From a virus (taxonomy: Duplodnaviria > Caudoviricetes): DNA of 64,000 bases. The DNA is taken from positions 64,001 through 128,000 of the IMG/VR virus record IMGVR_UViG_2974673715_000001. The stretch is one strand, 5' to 3'. The notes below the pieces were generated by a model. The model was not told where the DNA came from. It made no database searches and saw only the letters and a program-made list of their open reading frames with translations. Below, piece by piece: positions 48,678 through 58,468 of the stretch; the stretch's first letter is position 1, and every line of letters begins with the position of its first letter. The position numbers and the translations under genes were made by a program.

Positions 48678-50930
48678 ATGGCAGCCAATCAATTATCGCC
48701 AGGTGTAGTGGTACAGGAGAGAGACCTTACTACTATTACCACATTATCGACCGCTAACGTTGGTGTGCTCGCTGCACCTTTTGAGCTCGGTCCTGTTGAA
48801 GAAATCGTCGAAATCTCCAGTGAAAGGGATCTTGCAGAGCAATTTGGAAAACCGAATGAGTATAACTACGAGTATTGGTATACTGCAGCACAATTTCTTT
48901 CCTATGGCGGACTACTAAAAACAGTTCGTGTTGACTCGACATCTCTCAAAAACGCAGTTAGTAATGGTACTGCAGTTAAAGTCAAGAATTTAAGTGAGTA
49001 TGAAACCACTTACGAAGGTGCTACTAACACATGGAAGTGGGCAGCAAGAACTTCTGGAACTAAAGGAAACTCTATCGGTGTATTTGTAACTGACGCAGGT
49101 GCAGATCAAATCGCTGTTGTTCCTGCTCCTGGTTCAGGTAACGATCATGAATTCGTTGCTGATGAAGCACTCTCCGCAACTTCTGGTGCTGCAGGTAAAG
49201 TATTCAAATACAGCATCGTATTAACAGTCACAACTGTTGTTGGCGACTTCGTTCCTGGCACTACTACAACTGTTTCAATCTCTGGTTCTAACCAGACAGT
49301 TACCGTTCTTGCTTGGGATCCTACTAACAAGAAACTTGAAATCGGTCTTCCTTCTGGTGGTATCACTGGTATCCTTGCTGATGGTCAGACTGTAACTCAA
49401 GGATCTAATACTTGTGTGATTGCATCATCTGGTATTGAAAGAAGAGTATATATTGGATTAAACAAAGGTAGTATTGAATTCGCTGCTGCTGATAGTATCG
49501 CTGATACTAACTCAACTGCTGTTTCAATCAGTTCTGTTCGTTCTGAGTATGCAGAGCGTGAGTATCTACCTGGTGCAAAATGGATTAACGTTGCTGCTCG
49601 TCCTTCTACTTCACTCTTTGCAAATAATGCAGGTGGATTTAGAGATGAACTTCACGTTCTAGTTATTGATATTGATGGTGGTATCACTGGAACAACTGGT
49701 GCTGTTCTTGAGCGTTTTATTGGTCTTTCAAAAGCATCTGACGCTAAGACATCTGTTGGTGAAGCAAACTACTACAAAGAAGTAATCAAGCAAAAGTCTG
49801 AGTATATCTACTGGGGTTTACATGAAACAGGAGTATTCAATGCAACTGCTTCTGCTGCTGCAGGAAACTGGGGTTTAGCTGCTGCTTCTAGACAGTTTAA
49901 CTTACTACGTTCTGCAGATGGTTCTACTGGTTATCCTGAGGGACGCACAACTGTAGGTTCTAAGAACAATGCAACATACTACTACAGATTAACTGGTGGT
50001 GTTGACTACGGTATTTCTGGTGGACTTTACAGTGTAACAAACACATCTCTTGCAACTGCATATGGTCTTGCAGAAGATCCTGAGTCACAAACAATTGACT
50101 TCATTCTTACTGGTCCTTCTGGTGCAGATGATGCTTCTGCAATCGCTAAAGTAACTTCTCTAGTTAACATTGCTGAAGAAAGAAGAGATTGCTTAGTATT
50201 CGTTTCACCTCGTAGAGGAAACGTAATTGGAGTTACTAACTCTACTACTGCAACTGATAATATCGTTAACTTCTTCGATCTATTACCAAGTTCTTCTTAC
50301 ATGGTATTTGATTCTGGATACAAGTATATCTACGATAAGTATAACGATGTATACAGATACGTTCCAACCAACGGTGACATCGCAGGTTTGTGTTTACAGA
50401 CAACTGAGGTTGCAGAACCATGGTTCTCACCTGCAGGTTTCCAACGTGGTGTTCTAAGAAATGCTATCAAACTAGCATACACACCAACTAAGACACAAAG
50501 AGATCGCTTGTATGCAAACAGAATCAACCCTGTCGTATCATTTCCTGGTCAAGGCGTCGTCCTCTTTGGTGACAAGACTGCACTCGGATTTGCATCCGCG
50601 TTTGATAGAATCAACGTACGTCGTCTATTCCTCACCATCGAACGTGTTATCTCAGGTGCTGCTAAGGCACAACTCTTTGAGCAAAACGATGAAGCACAGA
50701 GATCACTCTTCTTGAATATCATCGAACCTTATCTAAGAGATGTTCAAGGTCGTCGTGGTGTAACTGACTTCTTAGTCAAGTGTGATTCATCTAACAACCC
50801 ACCAGAGGCAGTTGATCGTGGAGAGTTCTACGCGGAGATTTTCGTGAAACCAACACGCACAATCAACTACATCACCTTGACATTTGTAGCAACTAGAACT
50901 GGAGTTGCCTTCAGCGAAGTAGCAAATTAA
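48678..50930 (+). CDS. gp18: Tail sheath protein gp18
   Basis: LSPGVVVQERDLT, PWFSPAGFQRG, FDRINVRRLFL and FVKPTRTINYITLTF. Confidence 0.96.
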   Translation: MAANQLSPGVVVQERDLTTITTLSTANVGVLAAPFELGPVEEIVEISSERDLAEQFGKPNEYNYEYWYTAAQFLSYGGLLKTVRVDSTSLKNAVSNGTAVKVKNLSEYETTYEGATNTWKWAARTSGTKGNSIGVFVTDAGADQIAVVPAPGSGNDHEFVADEALSATSGAAGKVFKYSIVLTVTTVVGDFVPGTTTTVSISGSNQTVTVLAWDPTNKKLEIGLPSGGITGILADGQTVTQGSNTCVIASSGIERRVYIGLNKGSIEFAAADSIADTNSTAVSISSVRSEYAEREYLPGAKWINVAARPSTSLFANNAGGFRDELHVLVIDIDGGITGTTGAVLERFIGLSKASDAKTSVGEANYYKEVIKQKSEYIYWGLHETGVFNATASAAAGNWGLAAASRQFNLLRSADGSTGYPEGRTTVGSKNNATYYYRLTGGVDYGISGGLYSVTNTSLATAYGLAEDPESQTIDFILTGPSGADDASAIAKVTSLVNIAEERRDCLVFVSPRRGNVIGVTNSTTATDNIVNFFDLLPSSSYMVFDSGYKYIYDKYNDVYRYVPTNGDIAGLCLQTTEVAEPWFSPAGFQRGVLRNAIKLAYTPTKTQRDRLYANRINPVVSFPGQGVVLFGDKTALGFASAFDRINVRRLFLTIERVISGAAKAQLFEQNDEAQRSLFLNIIEPYLRDVQGRRGVTDFLVKCDSSNNPPEAVDRGEFYAEIFVKPTRTINYITLTFVATRTGVAFSEVAN

Positions 50931-50945
50931 ATTAAATACACACTT

Positions 50946-50986
50946 TTTTCAGAGGGTTTCCGCATCGGTACCCTCTGAAAATTTTT
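50946..50986 (+). terminator. Hairpin / terminator between gp18 and gp19
   Basis: TTTTCAGAGGGT...ACCCTCTGAAAA 12-bp stem followed by TTTTT; a TCTAAATA late-promoter-like sequence follows at 50992. Confidence 0.7.
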
Positions 50987-51023
50987 ATTAGTCTAAATAT
51001 AACTGACGGAGACACCTAAAAAA

Positions 51024-51608
51024 ATGGCAAAAAGAGGAACGATTGACGATTTTAAGGCAAATGTCGCATCAGACTTTGCTCGTCCTAACCTATTCCAAGT
51101 TGATTTAGCATTTCCCTCTGGAATCATTAATAATTCTGATTTGGTAAACCTTGGTAAGTTCACTGTTCGTGCAGCGAATCTTCCTTCTTCCCAGATTGGT
51201 GTTATTGAAGTTCCTTTCAGAGGACGTACGCTAAAGATCGCAGGAGACAGAACGTTTGAACCTTGGACAATCACTGTTATGAATGACAGTAAGTTTGTTC
51301 TAAGATCCGCATTTGAATTGTGGGCATCAAGCATTCAAGCATACAACGAAAACTTCACTTCCGCAGCAGGTCTTGGAGACGCAGATGATGCAACTGGATA
51401 CTTTGCTGACATGAAGGTTCATCAATTAGCAAGAGATATTAAATCAGGAGAGAAACCAAAAGTTCTCAAATCATATAAGTTCTATAACATCTTCCCTAGT
51501 GCAATCGCAGCGATTGATCTAGATTACGGAAACAACGATGCAATCGAAGAATTCACCGTTGAGATGCAGGTTCAGTATTGGACTCCTCTAGCAGACGCCA
51601 ACGACTAA
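51024..51608 (+). CDS. gp19: Tail tube protein gp19
   Basis: ARPNLFQV, PFRGRTLKIAGDRTFEPWTITVMND and IEEFTVEMQVQYW. Confidence 0.95.
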   Translation: MAKRGTIDDFKANVASDFARPNLFQVDLAFPSGIINNSDLVNLGKFTVRAANLPSSQIGVIEVPFRGRTLKIAGDRTFEPWTITVMNDSKFVLRSAFELWASSIQAYNENFTSAAGLGDADDATGYFADMKVHQLARDIKSGEKPKVLKSYKFYNIFPSAIAAIDLDYGNNDAIEEFTVEMQVQYWTPLADAND

Positions 51609-51649
51609 CCCGCTAAATAGAACAGGACCAATAATTAAAACATTTAATA

Positions 51650-53251
51650 ATGGCAAATCAGCTCTTCGGTTTTTCACTTGAGAGAGCGAAGAAGGTTCCT
51701 AAGGGACCTTCTTTTGTTCAAAAGGATAGTATGGATGGATCGCAACCTATTGTAGGGGGCGGTTACTATGGATATTCCGTCGATTTTGATGGCACGGTTC
51801 GCAATGAGTATGAACTAATCACTCGTTACAGAGAGATGGTTCTACAACCAGAGTGCGATAGTGCGGTTGATGACATCGTGAATGAAACTATTTGTGGCAA
51901 CTTTGACGACGTTCCCGTCGAAGTCGAGTTGTCTAACTTGAAACAATCCGACAAAATTAAAAAATTAATCAGGGAAGAGTTCCAAACAATTCTTCGCTTG
52001 CTTGATTTCGATAATAGATCGTACGAAATTTTCCGTCGTTGGTATGTCGATGGAAGATTATTTTATCATAAGGTTATCGATCCAGATAACCCTAGAAATG
52101 GTCTTACTGAGTTACGTTATATTGACCCTCGTAAGATTCGTAAGGTTACAGAGTATGATCAGAAACGTCCAAACGAACTTCGTGGACTAGATCTGAATGC
52201 TCAACTTACACAAAAATCTGCAGATTATTATCTATATAATCCTAAGGGTTTGAAGAACTCTGGATCTCAGCAAGGAATTAAAATTGCTGCGGATTCAATC
52301 ACTTATTGTCATTCTGGTATACAGGATCTCAATAAGAATATGACATTAAGTCATCTACATAAAGCAATCAAAGCGGTTAACCAACTCCGTATGATTGAAG
52401 ACTCATTGGTAATCTATAGATTATCAAGAGCACCAGAAAGAAGAATTTTCTACATCGATGTAGGTAACCTTCCTAAGAACAAAGCGGAACAATACCTCCG
52501 TGAAGTTATGGGAAGGTATCGTAATAAATTGGTGTATGACGCAAACACTGGTGAGATTAAAGATGACAAGAAGTTCATGTCCATGTTGGAAGACTTCTGG
52601 TTACCTCGTCGTGAAGGCGGTAGAGGAACTGAGATATCCACTCTTCCTGGCGGACAAAACCTTGGTGAACTAGAAGACGTTAAGTATTTCCAGAAAAAGT
52701 TATACAAAGCGTTGAACGTACCGTCATCAAGACTTGAGACTGAGACTACCTTTAACATAGGTCGTGCTGCTGAAATTACTAGGGACGAAGTAAAGTTCCA
52801 GAAATTTATTGCACGTCTCCGCAAGAGATTCTCAGAATTGTTTATGGATCTCCTTAAAACTCAACTCGTTCTGAAGGGCACAATGACTCTTGAGGATTGG
52901 GATGATATCAAAGAACATATTCAATTTGACTTTATTGCTGACAACTACTTCACTGAACTGAAGGAAATTGAAATCCGCAATGAGCGTATGAATCAAGTGA
53001 ACACAATGGATCCTTACGTTGGTAAATACTTCTCTATTGAGTATATGCGTCGTCAGGTTCTAAAACAAACTGAACAGGAGATTAAGGAAATTGACAAACA
53101 AATGGATTCTGAACGAGAAGCAGGTCTTATACTTGATCCAGAGCAAGCAATGGATCCCGCTATGGATCCTGGCGCTGCCCCAAATGGGGAAGTAGCTCCA
53201 CAAGAAACTCCTCAAGTAGACGCGGGTGACGCGAAACGGGGAGAAATCTAA
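51650..53251 (+). CDS. gp20: Portal vertex protein gp20
   Basis: IYRLSRAPERRIFYIDVGNLPKNKAEQYL and EDFWLPRREGGRGTEISTLPGGQNLG. Confidence 0.97.
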   Translation: MANQLFGFSLERAKKVPKGPSFVQKDSMDGSQPIVGGGYYGYSVDFDGTVRNEYELITRYREMVLQPECDSAVDDIVNETICGNFDDVPVEVELSNLKQSDKIKKLIREEFQTILRLLDFDNRSYEIFRRWYVDGRLFYHKVIDPDNPRNGLTELRYIDPRKIRKVTEYDQKRPNELRGLDLNAQLTQKSADYYLYNPKGLKNSGSQQGIKIAADSITYCHSGIQDLNKNMTLSHLHKAIKAVNQLRMIEDSLVIYRLSRAPERRIFYIDVGNLPKNKAEQYLREVMGRYRNKLVYDANTGEIKDDKKFMSMLEDFWLPRREGGRGTEISTLPGGQNLGELEDVKYFQKKLYKALNVPSSRLETETTFNIGRAAEITRDEVKFQKFIARLRKRFSELFMDLLKTQLVLKGTMTLEDWDDIKEHIQFDFIADNYFTELKEIEIRNERMNQVNTMDPYVGKYFSIEYMRRQVLKQTEQEIKEIDKQMDSEREAGLILDPEQAMDPAMDPGAAPNGEVAPQETPQVDAGDAKRGEI

Positions 53252-53253
53252 AC

Positions 53254-53261
53254 TATAAATA
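53254..53261 (+). promoter_or_regulatory. T4-type late promoter (TATAAATA)
   Basis: Exact consensus between gp20 and the next ORF. Confidence 0.75.
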
Positions 53262-53281
53262 ATAAATGTGAAAGGAAAATT

Positions 53282-53632
53282 ATGCCTACTGAAATTGCAA
53301 AACAAATAGTTCAACAAATCTTCGGAGACGACAAAGCGAAAGCAGTTGACTCCGTGAATGATGCATTGGCTGCAACTGCATATGATGCCATTCAAGCAAG
53401 AAAGGTTGAGTTCGCAAAAAGTATGGGGTTTGAACTAGATGATACCGCACAGGATGCTGCAGATGAAATTGCAGATAACCTACCTGACGGAACTGACGAA
53501 CCTGAAACTGTTGAAGTTGATGGTCGCAAACCTGAAGATCCACCAGAAGAACCAGAAGCACCCGTTGCTGACGGAACACCTTCTTCTGTAGAAGAACCAA
53601 TCGAGGAACCAACCGATGAGACTAATAGCTGA
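53282..53632 (+). CDS. Acidic protein in the gp67/gp68 (prohead core) position
   Basis: 116 aa with a Glu/Asp/Pro-rich tail, between gp20 and gp21. Confidence 0.65.
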   Translation: MPTEIAKQIVQQIFGDDKAKAVDSVNDALAATAYDAIQARKVEFAKSMGFELDDTAQDAADEIADNLPDGTDEPETVEVDGRKPEDPPEEPEAPVADGTPSSVEEPIEEPTDETNS

Positions 53633-54260
53633 AGAAATTACAAACGTTGATTTTATCTGCGAAGATAAAGAAGGCAAGAAAAATTACTTCATTGAAGGTG
53701 TCTTTCTACAAGCGGAATTAAAAAACCGCAACAATAGAATGTATCCCTTGAAGACTTTATCCAAAGAAGTCGCTAAATATGATGAGAACTACATTCAAAA
53801 AGGGCGTGCCCTTGGAGAATTAGGTCATCCTGATGGTCCGTCAATTAACCTTGACCGCGTTTCCCATAAGATTCTTTCTCTAAAGGAAGATGGAAACAAC
53901 TTCATAGGTAGAGCAAAACTGCTAGACACACCTATGGGTGGAATCGCAAAGAACCTCTTAGATGAGGGTGTCAAACTAGGTGTTTCATCTAGAGGCATGG
54001 GTTCAATTCGTAAAGAAGAGAACTGTAATGTTGTTATGGACGACTTTATGCTCGCAACTGCAGCAGATATAGTCGCCGATCCTTCCGCTCCTGATGCTTT
54101 TGTCAATGGAATTATGGAAGGAAAGGAGTGGGTTTGGGACAATGGAGTCCTAAAAGAAGCTGCTGTGGCAGAAATTAAACAAGAAATTGATCAAGCAACT
54201 CTAATTAATCTCCAAGAACGTAAGGTTTCCGCGTTTGAGGCGTTTTTAAAGAGTTTGTGA
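53616..54260 (+). CDS. gp21: Prohead core protease gp21
   Basis: IEGVFLQAE.KNRN.RMYP, ALGELGHP, GVSSRGMGS and DIVADPSAPDAFV. Confidence 0.96.
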   Translation: MRLIAEEITNVDFICEDKEGKKNYFIEGVFLQAELKNRNNRMYPLKTLSKEVAKYDENYIQKGRALGELGHPDGPSINLDRVSHKILSLKEDGNNFIGRAKLLDTPMGGIAKNLLDEGVKLGVSSRGMGSIRKEENCNVVMDDFMLATAADIVADPSAPDAFVNGIMEGKEWVWDNGVLKEAAVAEIKQEIDQATLINLQERKVSAFEAFLKSL

Positions 54261-54262
54261 TT

Positions 54263-54270
54263 TATAAATA
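54263..54270 (+). promoter_or_regulatory. T4-type late promoter (TATAAATA)
   Basis: Exact consensus upstream of gp22. Confidence 0.8.
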
Positions 54271-54308
54271 AATACAGACAACGCTAATGCATAACGGAGT
54301 TTAAACAA

Positions 54309-55355
54309 ATGGCTGAGACCCTCGATAAAGAGTTAGATAACATGGAGCAAGTGGACGAAGGCTCTGATCCTATCACCAAGAACGCAAAACCTGGTGAGAA
54401 GATGGACACTTCCAAAGCAGGAAGTCCAAAAAAAGTCGTCAACGTAGAAGGACCTGTAGGTGCTTCAATGGAAGGCGCAAAAGGAACTAAGAACGCAGGT
54501 AGTTCTGCTGCAGGTGCAGTGAACTATGAGGGTTCTAAGTCTCTGAGCACAAAACCAAGTGCTGCATCCGCAAAACAAGAGGAGGTAGAAACGGAAGATG
54601 GCGAAAAAGAAGAAATCGCTGAAACCAAGTACGACTTTACTCAGGATGTTGACGCTCTTGTCGCAGGTGAAGAACTATCAGAAGAGTTCCGAGTAAAAGC
54701 AGCTACTATTTTTGAAGCAGCTGTTACTGCCAAAGTTAACGACGAAGTTAAAGCGTTGCAAGAAGCGTTTGAAACTACGCTGACTGAAGAAGTCGAAAAA
54801 GTTCAAACAGAATTGGCCGAGAAGGTTGACGATTACTTGTCTTATGCTGCCGAGCAATGGATGAAGGAAAACTCATTGCAAATCGAGCATGGCATCAAGA
54901 CTGAGATGGCAGAATCGTTCTTCAAAGGTCTAAAAGGTCTCTTCTTAGAGCACAACTTTACAGTGCCTGAGGAGAAGTTCAACCTGCTAGATGGAATGGC
55001 AGGTGAGCTTGATGATATGGAAGCTAAACTCAACGAGCAAATCGACACTAATGTTGCTTTGAACAAGCGCATTGGTGAGTTTGTAAAAATGGAAATTGTG
55101 AACGACGCAGCTACTGGACTAGCAGAAACCCAAAAGGAGAAGTTAGCATCATTAGCAGAGGGTGTTGAGTTTGAAAATGAAGAAGATTTTCGCAAGAAGG
55201 TCGAAACTATCAAGGAATCCTACTTTACTAAGAAGGCTGAAGTCGCTACAAAAGCAACTGAACCCACTGAAGAAAGTTCCGCTCCTTTGGTAGAAGATAC
55301 TAACAGCAGCACAATGTCGAAGTACGTTGATGCACTCGCTCGTTGGTCCAAATAA
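54309..55355 (+). CDS. gp22: Prohead core scaffolding protein gp22
   Basis: LSEEFRVKAATIFEAAV, VDDYLSY..EQWMKEN and KVETIKESYF; synteny. Confidence 0.92.
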   Translation: MAETLDKELDNMEQVDEGSDPITKNAKPGEKMDTSKAGSPKKVVNVEGPVGASMEGAKGTKNAGSSAAGAVNYEGSKSLSTKPSAASAKQEEVETEDGEKEEIAETKYDFTQDVDALVAGEELSEEFRVKAATIFEAAVTAKVNDEVKALQEAFETTLTEEVEKVQTELAEKVDDYLSYAAEQWMKENSLQIEHGIKTEMAESFFKGLKGLFLEHNFTVPEEKFNLLDGMAGELDDMEAKLNEQIDTNVALNKRIGEFVKMEIVNDAATGLAETQKEKLASLAEGVEFENEEDFRKKVETIKESYFTKKAEVATKATEPTEESSAPLVEDTNSSTMSKYVDALARWSK

Positions 55356-55386
55356 TTAACTACTAATCCCAAGAGGTAAATTTAAA

Positions 55387-56784
55387 ATGTCTTTAAATCA
55401 ACTTCAGGAGAAGTGGGCACCCGTTCTAAATCACGAATCTCTACCTGAGATTGATGATGCACATAAGCGTGGCGTCGTAGCACAACTCCTAGAGAACCAA
55501 GAAAAAGCATTAGTCGAAGAAGGACAAATCCTTACAGAGACTCTACAAACCGCAGGTACAGGTGGTTTCGGTGGCGGTGCCACTGCAACAGGTCCTGTAG
55601 CAGGTTTCGACCCAGTATTGATCAGTCTTATCAGACGTTCAATGCCACAATTAATTGCATATGATATTGCAGGTGTCCAGCCAATGACTGGTCCTACAGG
55701 TCTTATCTTTGCAATGAGAACACAGTACGGTACTGAAAGAGATCCTTCCAGTGGCGATTACAGAGAAGCATTCTTTAATGAGCCTAACGCAGGTTTCTCT
55801 GGTGCTGATGGTAACCGTCTTGCTGACTACGATCCAACTGCATCTGGTGGTTCTGCCATTAACGATGCTGAAGGTGCTAACCCAGGTCTTCTTAATGATT
55901 CCCCTGCAGGAACATATGAGTTGACAGGTGACGCTCAAGGAATGAACACCACTGCTCTTGAAGCAATTACAGATGCTGCTGCAGCAACTGCCTTCAGAGA
56001 AATGGGTTTCTCAATCGAGAAAGTTACTGTTACTGCTAAAGCTCGCGCTTTAAAGGCAGAGTACAGTATTGAGCTTGCTCAAGACTTGAAAGCAATTCAT
56101 GGTCTTGATGCCGAGCAGGAGTTAGCAAACATTCTTTCAACTGAAATCCTTGCTGAAATCAACAGGGAAGTTGTTAGAACAATCTATGTTAACGCTGTTG
56201 CAGGTGCTCAAAACAACACTGCTAACGCAGGTATCTTCGACCTTGACGTTGACTCAAATGGTAGATGGTCTGTTGAGAAATTCAAAGGACTTCTGTTCCA
56301 GATTGAAAGAGACGCAAACGCAATCGGTCATCAGACACGTCGCGGAAAGGGTAATATCATCATCGCATCTGCTGATGTTGTATCTGCTCTTGGTATGGCT
56401 GGCGTTCTTGATTACGCTCCTGGTCTTCAAGGTAACAATGGTCTTGTTCCTGATGACACATCTTCAACTCTTGTTGGAACTCTTAACGGAAGAATCAAGG
56501 TTTACGTTGACCCATATTCAGCAAACGTAAGTGACAAGCACTACTACGTTGCAGGCTACAAAGGAACTTCTCCTTATGACGCAGGATTATTCTACTGCCC
56601 ATATGTACCTTTACAGCAAGTCAGAGCAATCAACCCTGACACATTCCAGCCAAAAATTGGATTTAAGACTAGATACGGTATGGTTTCTAACCCATTCGCT
56701 CAAGGTCTTACCCAAGGTTCTGGAGCACTTACTGCTAATACTAACAAGTATTACAGAAGAGTTCAGGTTGCTAACTTAATGTAA
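55387..56784 (+). CDS. gp23: Major capsid protein gp23
   Basis: DPVLISLIRR, GVQPMTGPTGLIFAMR, LKAEYSIELAQDLKAIHGLDAEQEL and FQPKIGFKTRYG. Confidence 0.98.
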   Translation: MSLNQLQEKWAPVLNHESLPEIDDAHKRGVVAQLLENQEKALVEEGQILTETLQTAGTGGFGGGATATGPVAGFDPVLISLIRRSMPQLIAYDIAGVQPMTGPTGLIFAMRTQYGTERDPSSGDYREAFFNEPNAGFSGADGNRLADYDPTASGGSAINDAEGANPGLLNDSPAGTYELTGDAQGMNTTALEAITDAAAATAFREMGFSIEKVTVTAKARALKAEYSIELAQDLKAIHGLDAEQELANILSTEILAEINREVVRTIYVNAVAGAQNNTANAGIFDLDVDSNGRWSVEKFKGLLFQIERDANAIGHQTRRGKGNIIIASADVVSALGMAGVLDYAPGLQGNNGLVPDDTSSTLVGTLNGRIKVYVDPYSANVSDKHYYVAGYKGTSPYDAGLFYCPYVPLQQVRAINPDTFQPKIGFKTRYGMVSNPFAQGLTQGSGALTANTNKYYRRVQVANLM

Positions 56785-56807
56785 TAAGTATTATTACTTA
56801 ACTTTCT

Positions 56808-56834
56808 AGAGGGTGCTTGACACCCTCTTTTTTT
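56808..56834 (+). terminator. Rho-independent terminator after gp23
   Basis: AGAGGGTG-CTTGA-CACCCTCT hairpin followed by a T run. Confidence 0.85.
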
Positions 56835-56844
56835 ATGCTATAGT
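56817..56844 (+). promoter_or_regulatory. sigma70-type promoter overlapping the terminator
   Basis: TTGACA (56817-56822), 16-nt spacer with extended TG, TATAGT (56839-56844). Confidence 0.65.
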
Positions 56845-56865
56845 ATATTTGTTGGACGCAACACT

Positions 56866-57036
56866 GGGAGTGACTGAATAAACTTACTGGCATATAGCTG
56901 GTTAAGGTGATGCGACAGAGGTGGTGCTCGCTGTCAGGAATGGCAGAACTACAAACCAAGTAGGTCGTAGGCAGAGTGGTAATTCTAAACTGTAGAAATG
57001 CCCTGCTCTTGTTGGTATACAGGAATCCAACCTCCC
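56866..57036 (+). ncRNA. Structured ncRNA, probably manA RNA motif
   Basis: Closing stem GGGAG/CTCCC. Internal stems: CTTA-CTGGC..GCTGG-T-TAAG, TGCGAC/GTCGTA, GAG-GTGGTG-CTC, CTGTCA-GGAA-TGGCAG (GNRA loop), CTAC-AAACCAA-GTAG (loop ACCA complementary to TGGT), GCAG..TTCTA-AACTG-TAGAA..CTGC and GTTGG/CCAAC. There is no plausible ORF. The manA assignment is from memory of the family in cyanophages. Confidence 0.65.
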
Positions 57037-57170
57037 CCATTAATTTTTTTGTAGAAGGGTAAAGTACCTAGTGAGATTGTCAGGTTTCCCTTATAAGTAG
57101 TAATAGAATTAGGGTTAACAAGATGCACTAAACCTTCTTTGTTATTCACTTCAAAAATGGAGAGAGATTT

Positions 57171-57317
57171 ATGCACAACCTAGTATCATATAATCAATTA
57201 GCAGGTTCTTACGAGGAAGAACACGACACACGGCTAACAGAATACTACGAGTGTTTAATCGAATGTGACGACCAACAACAGATCTGTAAAAGAATTTGCA
57301 GAGAGGTTCTTATGTAA
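57171..57317 (+). CDS. Small Cys-rich protein (48 aa; CxxxC-x6-CxxxC; not in ORF track)
   Basis: GGAGAG RBS, then MHNLVSYNQLAGSYEEEHDTRLTEYYECLIECDDQQQICKRICREVLM, followed by a terminator. Confidence 0.75.
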   Translation: MHNLVSYNQLAGSYEEEHDTRLTEYYECLIECDDQQQICKRICREVLM

Positions 57318-57338
57318 CACATATTCGGGAAGACTTAG

Positions 57339-57365
57339 AAAGGGGGCAGAGATGCTCCCTTTTTT
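57339..57365 (+). terminator. Rho-independent terminator
   Basis: AAAGGGGGCA-GAGA-TGCTCCCTTT hairpin followed by a T run. Confidence 0.8.
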
Positions 57366-57401
57366 ATGTGCTAAATAGCTCTATCACAATGGAATTATAT
57401 T

Positions 57402-57599
57402 ATGGATTATAATCCTTATTCTCCTGAGTGGCATCGAAAAAGGTATCTAAAGGAAGCACTTTTTAAATACCTTGACGACTACGTTGAGAACGATATCATT
57501 ATAAATGATATCAAAGATATCCTTCACAGTAGATCTGATGAAGCGTACAAAGAGTATACTAAACTCAATCAACTATCCGCCAAACTCAGTAAAGAATAA
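57402..57599 (+). CDS. Hypothetical protein
   Basis: 65-aa ORF after a GCTAAATA late-promoter-like sequence (57370). Confidence 0.7.
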   Translation: MDYNPYSPEWHRKRYLKEALFKYLDDYVENDIIINDIKDILHSRSDEAYKEYTKLNQLSAKLSKE

Positions 57600-57602
57600 C
57601 AA

Positions 57603-57920
57603 ATGCTTTCAACCCAATACCGACTCCGACTGGAGTCTATCTGTAAACAGATCGTAGATGGTGAAAATGTCAAACTAGAAGACATGATTTGGGCACAAAA
57701 ACTAGCAAAAAGAAATACCACTGCTGCCACTTGGATGCGACAAGCACGACAGAAAGCAGCAAATCCTGACATGAAAAATGGAGGGACGGACGATTTTCTG
57801 AATAAGATGGGGTTAGGAGAACCCGACCCATCGGATTATAGAAGCGGGTTCAATAGTGCAGATGACATTGGTGAATGGTTTAACAGAGAGAAACCTGACG
57901 ACTGGAGACAACGAGACTAA
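57603..57920 (+). CDS. Conserved cyanophage hypothetical protein
   Basis: MLSTQYRLRLE.IC..I...DMIWAQKL; coupled to gp3. Confidence 0.75.
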   Translation: MLSTQYRLRLESICKQIVDGENVKLEDMIWAQKLAKRNTTAATWMRQARQKAANPDMKNGGTDDFLNKMGLGEPDPSDYRSGFNSADDIGEWFNREKPDDWRQRD

Positions 57921-58468
57921 TGGCAAACTGGTTCCAAGACCAACTAACAAATAGAAACTTTCTTTCCCCTATAGGATATCTTTTCCTATTAGATAAGGCA
58001 AAGAAGGTGTCTTTTTTATGTCAACAAGCAGAGATTCCATCAATAAATTTAGGTGATGTTCTTATTCCTACTGCAGGTTTAGTCCCTTTACCTAGAGAAG
58101 GAAACATACGCTATGGTGATTTGACCGTTGAGTTTATCGTAGATGAAGATCTAAGAAACTACATGGAAATCCACAACTGGATGCGTGCTTTAGGAACTCC
58201 ACAATATTATGATGAGCGTGTTGCATGGGAAACCAAGTATCAAGACGCACCGTCACAAGACGTACGTTTCTCTGACGCTACTCTTCAAGTATTAAACAAC
58301 AATAACTTAGCAAACTTTGATGTAGTCTTCAAAGATTTATTTCCTACAGAACTATCAACACTATCATTTGATGTTTCACAAGGTGATAATTCATTCATGA
58401 CTGCACAGGCAACTTTTAAATATACTCTATACGAAATCAGAAACGTAAATTCGAGAACTAGACGATGA
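57920..58468 (+). CDS. gp3: Tail completion / tail tube terminator gp3
   Basis: NRNFLSPIG, FLCQQAEIPSINLG, FIVDEDLRNYMEIHNW and FKDLFPTELS; located before uvsY. Confidence 0.85.
   Translation: MANWFQDQLTNRNFLSPIGYLFLLDKAKKVSFLCQQAEIPSINLGDVLIPTAGLVPLPREGNIRYGDLTVEFIVDEDLRNYMEIHNWMRALGTPQYYDERVAWETKYQDAPSQDVRFSDATLQVLNNNNLANFDVVFKDLFPTELSTLSFDVSQGDNSFMTAQATFKYTLYEIRNVNSRTRR

Noticed and set aside
56798-57176. Minus-strand ORFs 56798-57040 and 56985-57176
   Set aside because: They are antisense to the structured RNA and its promoter/terminator signals, and show no protein-like features.
57171-57317. Calling the small Cys-rich ORF CP12
   Set aside because: It lacks the AWD-VEEL core and the C-x8-C (FCxxNPxxxEC) C-terminal motif of CP12.
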